The notes below the pieces were generated by a model. That model ran no database searches, was not told the DNA's origin, and saw nothing but the letters and a program-made list of their open reading frames with translations. A stretch of DNA of 64,000 bases, taken from NCBI GenBank assembly GCA_040386315.1, contig JAZKFS010000020.1, positions 4,620 through 68,619 on the forward strand, read 5' to 3'. Shown here piece by piece: positions 46,334 through 53,572 of the stretch. Source of the stretch: Bacteroidota bacterium. GTDB taxonomy: Bacteria; Bacteroidota; Ignavibacteria; Kapaibacteriales; DASPKH01. Both the position numbers and the translations under genes were made by a program. Each line of letters begins with the position of its first letter. Position 1 is the stretch's first letter.

Positions 46334-46840
46334 ATGAAAAAGAAACTGTTCTATATTTCGCTTGTAATTTTAATCCTGTTTTTCCAGCCTGCATTTCAAA
46401 GACCACCAATTGAAATTCAGATTCCAATTTTAAAATTTATTATTCAATTCTCATTTTATCTCGCTTTAGCCACTTTATCAGTTATTACTGTTTTAATAAT
46501 TCCGGAAAAAATTTCGGAAAAATCTTTCCAGATATTTGCTGTTATTCCAGTTATTCCATTTTTCTTTTTTGCGCTTTTCGGCTTGATCTTTTCCACATTT
46601 AGTTCAAATTCATTTTATAAAGACCAATATTCTTATATAAACGCCGTAACAAATGAAAAATATATTGATCAATATAATGACCAAGGTGCATTGGGCGGTA
46701 CTTCACGTTTGATTCATGCACAGGAAATTCTTGGCGATAAGATTCGCTGGTTTAATAATGTTAATTCTCAAAATTTACCAAAAGGGAAATGGTATGTTTT
46801 TGAAAATGATAGTTTAAAAGATTCAATTCTTGTCCATTAA
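46334..46840 (+). CDS. Hypothetical membrane protein (AT-rich orphan)
   Basis: 168 aa with three N-terminal hydrophobic helices. No recognisable motif. Confidence 0.4.
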   Translation: MKKKLFYISLVILILFFQPAFQRPPIEIQIPILKFIIQFSFYLALATLSVITVLIIPEKISEKSFQIFAVIPVIPFFFFALFGLIFSTFSSNSFYKDQYSYINAVTNEKYIDQYNDQGALGGTSRLIHAQEILGDKIRWFNNVNSQNLPKGKWYVFENDSLKDSILVH

Positions 46841-46971
46841 CTTTCCCTTTTTAAAAACTCCCTTCTCCGTATCTTTGCGGATTAAACTTTTTCACCGAAA
46901 GTAACTATCTTCACACCAGATGTTTTATTGAATGGAAGTTGCTTTTAAAAACTATTCGGGCTTTATAAAAA

Positions 46972-49689
46972 ATGAAAAAAGTGCTTATTATTCTGGGCGG
47001 GCTGCTCGTTGTTTTTGTTGGCGCGCTCGTGGCGGTTCCTCTCTTTTTTAAAGATGAGATCACGGCGCTCGCCAAGCAGACTATCAACAAAAATCTGAAG
47101 GCGGACGCGGATTTTAAAAGCGTGGATGTGTCGCTGCTGAAGGATTTTCCGCGGCTGCATTTTGCGATGGAAAATTTTTCCGTGGTGAACCGTGCGCCTT
47201 TTAAAGACACGCTGGCGTACATTCCGTCGCTGGGCGTTTCGCTCGATGCGTGGGATTATATCACGTCGCAGAAGGTTTCGATTCTCGCGGTGAATGTCGA
47301 AAAGCCGCGCATCAACGCGCATATTTTAAAAGATTCCACCAAAAACTGGGATATTTTTATTGCCAGCGACAAGCCGGGTTTTGCTTCTACGCAAGTTGAT
47401 AAAATTTTAAAAGATATTTCCGGTGAACTCCAGGAGTTTTCGGTGAATGATGCGACTATTATTTTTACCGATGATGCGGGTAATAAATCTGCGCTTTTAA
47501 AAAACTTTTCAGCCAGCGGAAACGGCGATTTTTCAAAGCAGGTTTTCGTCCTCGAAACAGAAGCGAACGGGCTGACAAGCTTTACTTATGGCGGCATTCC
47601 ATTCCTGCGTGAAGCTGTTACAAAACTCAACGCCGACCTGCAATTTGACATGACGAAAAAGCAAATTCTTTTAAAAGAAAACAACCTGCTTTTAAACGAT
47701 TTGCCTGTTGGATTTTCCGGCACGGTTGACCTTTTGGAAAATGATGCGTACGGCGTGAACATAGATTTTAAAGCAAAGGAAAGTTCTTTTAAAAACTTTT
47801 TGTCGCTCATTCCGGCGTTTTACACGAATAAAGTGAAGGATTTTAAAAGCTTAAAAACTGCCGGAACGATGGCGCTTCAGGGAGCGGTGAAGGGAACATA
47901 TTCCGACAAAACTTTGCCTGGATTTAACGCTACACTTCAGCTCAATAACGGCATGTTTCAATATCCTGATTTGCCGTCGGCAGTGCGAAATGTTGCGGCG
48001 GACGTGCGTATAACCAATCCTGACGGCGTGCCGAATAACGCGGTTGTGGACGTTCGCCGCGGCCATGCGGAAATGGACGGTGACCCGTTTGATGCGAAAC
48101 TGCTTTTAAAAACGCCGATTTCTGACCCGTATATTGACGGTGCTTTTAAAGGAAAAATCAACCTTACGAACGTAAAAAAATTCTTCCCGCTTGAGCCGGG
48201 AACAGACGTGGGCGGAATTGTTGGTGGTGAGATAGTTTTAAAAGGAAACCTTTCGATGCTGGAAAATAAGCAGTACGAACGCTTCACCGCACAAGGCGCG
48301 GGCTATGCGCAAAACCTCGTTGTGAAAAGTCCGCAACTTGCCGAAACGGTGACAATTCAAAACGCAAATCTCGCTTTTTCGCCACAATCTGCGCAACTGA
48401 CAAACCTCGCGATGAAAATTGGCGGAAGTGATTTAAGTGGTTCGGGACGGTTGGATAATTTGCTGGCATATGTGCTTAAAGATGAAGAATTACGTGGCGA
48501 AATGAGCGTAAATTCCAACGTGATGAACCTCAATCCGTGGATGCCGAAGGAAACGAAAGCATCGCAGCAATCGGCGTCAACGCAAAAGCAATTTGACAAA
48601 ACGCTTGTGACGGATTTGCCCGAAAATCTGAATTTTAAAATCAACGCCGTGATGAACCGCGTTCTGTATGATAACCTGATTTTATCGAACGTGAAGGGAA
48701 TTCTGACGCTGGCGAATAAAATTCTGCGCATCGAGCAGAGCCAGATGGATTTGCTTGGCGGGAATATGGCGATGAGCGGCACGTACAATACGCAAACGCC
48801 GGGCAAACCGCAGTCGGCGCTGGATATGACGGTCACGAATTTCAGCTTTGCGGAAACCTACAAAGCATTTGCTACGGCGAAAGCGTTCGTGCCGTTCATG
48901 GAGCTGCTTAAAGGAAGCTTTAATGCGAAAATGCAGTTTGCCACTGACCTTGACGGAACGCTGATGCCGATTTTTCCGTCGGTGACGAGCGTTGGCGGGC
49001 TGGCGATTGACCAGGTGCGCGTGGAAGGTTTTAAGCCGTTTGCAAAGGTTGCCGAGCTTTTAAAAATGCCGGAGCTGGCGAATCCACAGCTTACGAATAT
49101 CAAGCCGAGTTATAGAATTGAAAAAGGGCGGCTGTTCCTTCCGGCGTTCGCTTTTAAAGTTGGCGATAAAGACGTGACGATGAGCGGTTCGAGCGGGCTG
49201 GACAAAACGATTGACTACGTAATGAATATGAAAGTGCCGACGGGAACGCTGGCGTCGCAAGCAAATCAGGCGCTTTCGGGGCTTTTAAAAACAAATATCA
49301 GTGCAATAAAAAGTTCGACGGTGGACGTTGCGATAAAAATCACGGGAACATTCGACAACCCTAAAATATCAACAACGCTCGGCAACGTCGTTCAAGACCA
49401 GATTGATAACACAAAACAAGCGCTCGAAGACGAAGCAAAGCGCCGCCTCGACGAAGAAAAAGCCAAAATTGACCAGCGTTTAAAAGATGAAGAAGCGAAA
49501 CTGCGCGACAAAGTAAACACAGAAGCGGAAAAAGCAAAGCAGCAAATCGAAGCAGAAAAAGAGAGATTGCGCCAAGCCGCTGAAGCCGAGAAAGAACGCC
49601 TCCGCAAAGAAGCTGAAGCGGAAAAAGAGCGTTTGAAAAAGAAAGCGGAAGAGGAATTGAAGAAGAGATTTCCGTTTAAAAAGCCGTAG
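46972..49689 (+). CDS. AsmA-family outer-membrane-biogenesis protein with a K/E-rich coiled-coil tail
   Basis: 905 aa. N-terminal anchor MKKVLIILGGLLVVFVGALVAVPLFF, a long beta-rich body, and the C-terminal tandem EAEKERLR(Q/K)xA x3 encoded at about 49540-49650. Confidence 0.7.
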   Translation: MKKVLIILGGLLVVFVGALVAVPLFFKDEITALAKQTINKNLKADADFKSVDVSLLKDFPRLHFAMENFSVVNRAPFKDTLAYIPSLGVSLDAWDYITSQKVSILAVNVEKPRINAHILKDSTKNWDIFIASDKPGFASTQVDKILKDISGELQEFSVNDATIIFTDDAGNKSALLKNFSASGNGDFSKQVFVLETEANGLTSFTYGGIPFLREAVTKLNADLQFDMTKKQILLKENNLLLNDLPVGFSGTVDLLENDAYGVNIDFKAKESSFKNFLSLIPAFYTNKVKDFKSLKTAGTMALQGAVKGTYSDKTLPGFNATLQLNNGMFQYPDLPSAVRNVAADVRITNPDGVPNNAVVDVRRGHAEMDGDPFDAKLLLKTPISDPYIDGAFKGKINLTNVKKFFPLEPGTDVGGIVGGEIVLKGNLSMLENKQYERFTAQGAGYAQNLVVKSPQLAETVTIQNANLAFSPQSAQLTNLAMKIGGSDLSGSGRLDNLLAYVLKDEELRGEMSVNSNVMNLNPWMPKETKASQQSASTQKQFDKTLVTDLPENLNFKINAVMNRVLYDNLILSNVKGILTLANKILRIEQSQMDLLGGNMAMSGTYNTQTPGKPQSALDMTVTNFSFAETYKAFATAKAFVPFMELLKGSFNAKMQFATDLDGTLMPIFPSVTSVGGLAIDQVRVEGFKPFAKVAELLKMPELANPQLTNIKPSYRIEKGRLFLPAFAFKVGDKDVTMSGSSGLDKTIDYVMNMKVPTGTLASQANQALSGLLKTNISAIKSSTVDVAIKITGTFDNPKISTTLGNVVQDQIDNTKQALEDEAKRRLDEEKAKIDQRLKDEEAKLRDKVNTEAEKAKQQIEAEKERLRQAAEAEKERLRKEAEAEKERLKKKAEEELKKRFPFKKP

Positions 49690-49720
49690 TTGTTGACTTA
49701 AGTTTTAAAAAGTTTTTAAA

Positions 49721-49756
49721 GGGCAGATTTTTAAAAGAATCTGTCCTTTTTTATTT
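49721..49756 (+). terminator. Rho-independent terminator of the AsmA-like gene, with TTTTAAAA forming the loop
   Basis: GGGCAGATT (49721-49729) pairs with AATCTGTCC (49738-49746; one G-U). The loop overlaps the TTTTAAAA at 49729. It is followed by TTTTTTATTTTT. Confidence 0.65.
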
Positions 49757-49853
49757 TTAAAATGAAATAAGATTTTAAAGGTTTTATGGTTAAAAGAAAA
49801 GCATAAAAGCATATTTTTGTACGCTATCATTTTTATCTTTTAAAAACTCTCTT

Positions 49854-51950
49854 ATGAAAATACGCTTTCTTTTTCTATTCCTACTATGTTCAGTATTGAC
49901 GCCGGCTTATTCGCAGAATAAAATCTACTGGCAGGAAAATTTTGATAAAAATGAGCGGGGATGGCTGACCGGAGACCGCGGTATTTTCTCTGGAAAGATA
50001 GAAAACGGAAAGTATATTTTCACTCAAAAGAGGGAAGGTTCGTTTGGGTTTCAATTTAAAAGTGTTCCTCTTGATCCTGACAAGGATTTCACCATTGAGT
50101 CGGTGATCACGCAAATTGAAGGTACAGATAATAATGGATTTGGAATTGTCTGGGGCGCTCTTGATATAAACAACTTTAATATTTGCCTCGCCAAGAGTAA
50201 CAGCATGTACGCTGTATTTATAGTGCGGGATGGCAGATTGCAGGTTATTAAAGACTGGACAAAAGCTGATTTTGTAAAGCCGACGGGAGAAAAGAATACT
50301 TTTAAAATTATCCAAAAAGGGAAGAATCTGCAATTCCTTTTAAATGATAGCGAGGCATTTTCGGGACAGGCGCCCAAGTTTGCAGGCACGAATCTGGGGA
50401 TAATTACCCTGACTGCGATGACAATAGCATGTGAAGGGATCACGGTAAAACAGGATAATCCTATTAATGTTGTTCCTAAAATAAAAAAGGGAGTTTTAAA
50501 AGAAAATCTGGGTGAAAATATTAACAATCAGTATGAGCAGGTTGTGCCGGTCATAGCGCCGGATGGAAACACGCTTTATTGGTCAACGAGCTTTTCCCCT
50601 GAAAATACCGGCGGGGCATTAGATGGAGAGGAAATATGGTATTCAACCTTACAGAACGGAAAGTGGAGTAAATATAAGAATATTGGCAGGCCTTTGAATA
50701 ACAGGGAGCCGAATTGGGTGATCTCCGTAACACCCGATAATAACACCATGCTGATAGCCAATCAATATCGAGCAAACGGTGAGTCCAATGGTGGCGGCCT
50801 TTCTCAGACGCATCGAACAAAAGACGGCTGGAGTCTTCCTGAAAATGTCAATATTAAAAATCTGGACAATCGCGGTACTTCCTATAATTTCTGCCTTTCT
50901 AATGACCGAAAAATTCTTCTCATGACAATAAAGCGCGGCGATACGTACGGCGGTAATGATGTGTATGTATGTTTTTTGCAGGCGGACGGATCGTGGTCTG
51001 AACCAAAAAATTTAGGAAAGACGATCAATACATTTGCTGATGAACTCACGCCATTCCTGGCAGCGGATGGTATTACGCTTTACTACAGTTCGATGGCAAA
51101 ACCCGGCTATGGCGATGCAGATATTTTTATGTCCAAACGGCTTGATGATTCCTGGACAAACTGGAGCGAACCTAAGAATTTAGGCCCTGAGATCAATTCA
51201 CCAATGAGAGATGCCGGTTTTACTCTGACTGCTTCCGGTGAATATGGCTACCTGACATCTTCCAGCAATTCGCTTGGCGGTAGTGATATTTTTAGAATGA
51301 AAATACCCGATGCGATTAAACCAGAGCCTGTTGTGCTGGTATATGGGAAGGTTTTAAATAGTAAAACGAAAGAACCGCTTGAGACAAATATCATCTATCG
51401 CGAACTTTCTACGGATAAGGAAGTCGGCCTTGCACGCTCTAATCCAAGCGACGGAAGCTACAAAATCATCCTCCCGGCAGGACGCGCGTATAGCTTTCTC
51501 GGAGCAAAAGAGAATTTCTATTCCATCAGTGAAAATTTTGACGTAAAAAAACTTTTAAAGTACAAGGAAATTGAAAAAAATCTATTTTTAACTCCCGTGG
51601 AAGTCGGCGCAACAATCCTTTTAAACAATATTTTCTTTGATTTTGGAAAAGCTGTTCTGCGCTCTGAATCATTTCCTGAACTCGCCCGCGCGGTAGATTT
51701 TTTAAAACTCAACCCACAGATCAGCGTGGAAGTGAACGGCCATACGGACAATGTTGGCAATGACGCTAACAATCAAAAGCTCTCGGAAGACCGCGCAAAA
51801 GCTGTCGCAGATTATCTCGTTTCTAAAAATATCCCACGCGAACGGATTTCTTCAAAAGGGTACGGAAAAACCAAGCCAATTAAAACCAATGATACAGAAG
51901 AAAATCGCCAGTTTAACCGCCGTGTGGAGTTTACGATTTTAAAGAAATAG
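49854..51950 (+). CDS. OmpA-family envelope protein with TolB-like (PD40/WD40-like) beta-propeller repeats
   Basis: 698 aa. Signal peptide ...LTPAYSQ, repeated ...NT..DE..P.ls.DG..LYfsS... units, C-terminal OmpA domain FDFGKAVLR...NGHTDNVGNDANNQKLSEDRAKAV...NRRVEF. Confidence 0.8.
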   Translation: MKIRFLFLFLLCSVLTPAYSQNKIYWQENFDKNERGWLTGDRGIFSGKIENGKYIFTQKREGSFGFQFKSVPLDPDKDFTIESVITQIEGTDNNGFGIVWGALDINNFNICLAKSNSMYAVFIVRDGRLQVIKDWTKADFVKPTGEKNTFKIIQKGKNLQFLLNDSEAFSGQAPKFAGTNLGIITLTAMTIACEGITVKQDNPINVVPKIKKGVLKENLGENINNQYEQVVPVIAPDGNTLYWSTSFSPENTGGALDGEEIWYSTLQNGKWSKYKNIGRPLNNREPNWVISVTPDNNTMLIANQYRANGESNGGGLSQTHRTKDGWSLPENVNIKNLDNRGTSYNFCLSNDRKILLMTIKRGDTYGGNDVYVCFLQADGSWSEPKNLGKTINTFADELTPFLAADGITLYYSSMAKPGYGDADIFMSKRLDDSWTNWSEPKNLGPEINSPMRDAGFTLTASGEYGYLTSSSNSLGGSDIFRMKIPDAIKPEPVVLVYGKVLNSKTKEPLETNIIYRELSTDKEVGLARSNPSDGSYKIILPAGRAYSFLGAKENFYSISENFDVKKLLKYKEIEKNLFLTPVEVGATILLNNIFFDFGKAVLRSESFPELARAVDFLKLNPQISVEVNGHTDNVGNDANNQKLSEDRAKAVADYLVSKNIPRERISSKGYGKTKPIKTNDTEENRQFNRRVEFTILKK

Positions 51951-51961
51951 CATTAAAATAA

Positions 51962-51992
51962 AAAAGGCAGGTTTTTACAAGATCTGCCTTTT
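51962..51992. terminator. Bidirectional terminator hairpin between convergent genes
   Basis: AAAAGGCAG (51962-51970) pairs with CTGCCTTTT (51984-51992) across a 13-nt loop. The A-run and T-run are part of the arms. Confidence 0.6.
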
Positions 51993-52005
51993 CTTGTTTT
52001 AAAAC

Positions 52006-52545
52006 CTAATCATGCTTCGTATAAATCAGTTTCGTCGTGTCAAATCCGCTTGATTGTGCAATTCCCACAAGCTGATTTTTCACAACATCATTCATCTGCG
52101 GCGTGCGTGAGAGCAGCCATAAATACTCACGGCTCGGCGTTCCTACAAGCGCGTGCTGGTAATTCTCGTCCACATATAAAATCCAGTAATCTCCGCTGAA
52201 TGGCCAGAAAAATGTGACTTTTAATTTCGAATTCGTTGTTTTGTCCACGACTTCAGCTTTTCCTTCCACATCTTCCATTTCACCATCGCTTTTTAAACAT
52301 TTATTATACACTTTTATCGTGCCGTCGTCATTGAGCGAATATTCGGCGAATGTATTGCGGCAGCCGGATTCCTCGCGGAAAGGCAGGCGCGCGACTTCAT
52401 ACCATTTCCCGGTATATTTCTTTAAATCTACATTTTTTGCGGTTTCAAGCGGCGGATACTTGTCGTCCTTTTTTAAAAGAAAATACGAGCCGGCGAAAAT
52501 TGCCGCAGCCGCCGAACCCATGATAATTTTATTCCGTGTTTTCAT
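52006..52545 (-). CDS. blc: Bacterial lipocalin (Blc-like)
   Basis: 179 aa. YTGKWYEVARLPFREE...C.NTFAEYSL...YWILYVDENYQHALVGTPSREYLWLLSR. Confidence 0.85.
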   Translation of the reverse strand: MKTRNKIIMGSAAAAIFAGSYFLLKKDDKYPPLETAKNVDLKKYTGKWYEVARLPFREESGCRNTFAEYSLNDDGTIKVYNKCLKSDGEMEDVEGKAEVVDKTTNSKLKVTFFWPFSGDYWILYVDENYQHALVGTPSREYLWLLSRTPQMNDVVKNQLVGIAQSSGFDTTKLIYTKHD

Positions 52546-52633
52546 TGTTTTTTAAAAGTCGTTTTTAAAAGTTTGTACGGAAACGTTATTTTGGCATAAA
52601 GTATTCCGCACTTTTCAGAAATCTTTTAAAAAC

Positions 52634-53020
52634 ATGAGCAGAAAAAACATCTCCAGCGGCGCTCCGTGGGAAGCAACTGTCGGGTATTCACGCGCTGTAA
52701 AAGTCGGAAATTTAATTTTTGTGGCGGGAACGACTGCAACAAATTTTGACGGGGAAATTGTTGGAATTGGTAATGCGTATGAGCAAGCTGTTTTCGTTTT
52801 AAAAAAGATTGAAACAGCTTTAAAAGAAGCTGATGCGTCTTTTAAAAACGTCGTTCGCACGCGGATTTTTGTGAAAAATATGGACGACTGGGAAAGTATC
52901 GGACGCGCTCACGGCGAGGTTGAAGTCCGTGCGCGTGTCAGCGTCGTCGTCGTTGAGGTGAGCCGGTTTATACACAATGATATTTTGGTGGAAATTGAAG
53001 TTGATGCGGTGATTGATTAA
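52634..53020 (+). CDS. RidA/YjgF-family protein with an atypical V/R/E-rich segment
   Basis: 128 aa. SSGAPWEATVGYSRAVKVGNLIFVAGTTA..., VVRTRIFV..., ...ILVEIEVDAVID. The segment GEVEVRARVSVVVVEV (about 52915-52965) looks unlike the family as I remember it. Confidence 0.75.
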   Translation: MSRKNISSGAPWEATVGYSRAVKVGNLIFVAGTTATNFDGEIVGIGNAYEQAVFVLKKIETALKEADASFKNVVRTRIFVKNMDDWESIGRAHGEVEVRARVSVVVVEVSRFIHNDILVEIEVDAVID

Positions 53021-53027
53021 GTCGTTT

Positions 53028-53100
53028 TTTTAAAACGAAAAAAGGTTTTAAAAGAATTGCTCTTTTAAAACCTTTTGCTTTTTAGAATCTATTTTTAAAA
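53028..53100. repeat. 4 TTTTAAAA copies in an 82-bp spacer between convergent genes
   Basis: Copies start at 53028, 53046, 53073 and 53093. Confidence 0.85.
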
Positions 53101-53102
53101 AC

Positions 53103-53477
53103 TTAGTCCAGCATCAGTTCCGGCATTGCAAAATGCTTTTCGGTTGCGCGGTGGAGAGCTGTTTCTGTGATGTACGAGTGAGAGTCATTCCACACTGCCG
53201 CGCCATCTTTAAGCAAAATGACCTGCGGGCTTTCGTGGCGGACGTTTAAATGTTCTGCGGCTTTATTTGAAGCGGGGCGCGCTGCCTGAACGGTAATCAC
53301 GTAGTGCTCTACGTCATCGTGCGCGTTTTGGAAATACGAATGAAATTCGTCAAAAGCATTGGCGCTGACAGGACATGTCACGCTGTGTTTAAAAAGCACA
53401 ATCGGCTTTTGGTGTGATTTTTCCATCACGTTGTTGAATTCTTCGATTGTACGAATCTGAGTAATGCTTTTGTTCAT
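53103..53477 (-). CDS. YtxJ-like monothiol thioredoxin-fold protein (bacillithiol-system type)
   Basis: 124 aa. PIVLFKHSVTCPVSANAFDEF with a single active-site Cys in the TCPxS context. Confidence 0.7.
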   Translation of the reverse strand: MNKSITQIRTIEEFNNVMEKSHQKPIVLFKHSVTCPVSANAFDEFHSYFQNAHDDVEHYVITVQAARPASNKAAEHLNVRHESPQVILLKDGAAVWNDSHSYITETALHRATEKHFAMPELMLD

Positions 53478-53516
53478 AAGCCCCTGGGAGGAAAAAGGTT
53501 TATAAAAATTTTCACA

Positions 53517-53552
53517 TAAAAAAAGCAGAACAACTGCTTAAATTGTTCTGCT
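53517..53552 (-). terminator. Rho-independent terminator of the metalloprotease gene
   Basis: AGCAGAACAA (53524-53533) pairs with TTGTTCTGCT (53543-53552) across a 9-nt loop. On the minus strand it is followed by a run of 7 U. Confidence 0.8.
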
Positions 53553-53572
53553 CTAACGATTTCCGATTTTCT

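Noticed and set aside
49540-49650. A roughly 33-bp imperfect tandem repeat (x3) at the 3' end of the AsmA-like gene.
   Set aside because: It is in frame and encodes an EAEKERLRK coiled-coil tail. It is an ordinary low-complexity coding repeat, not a mobile or regulatory element.
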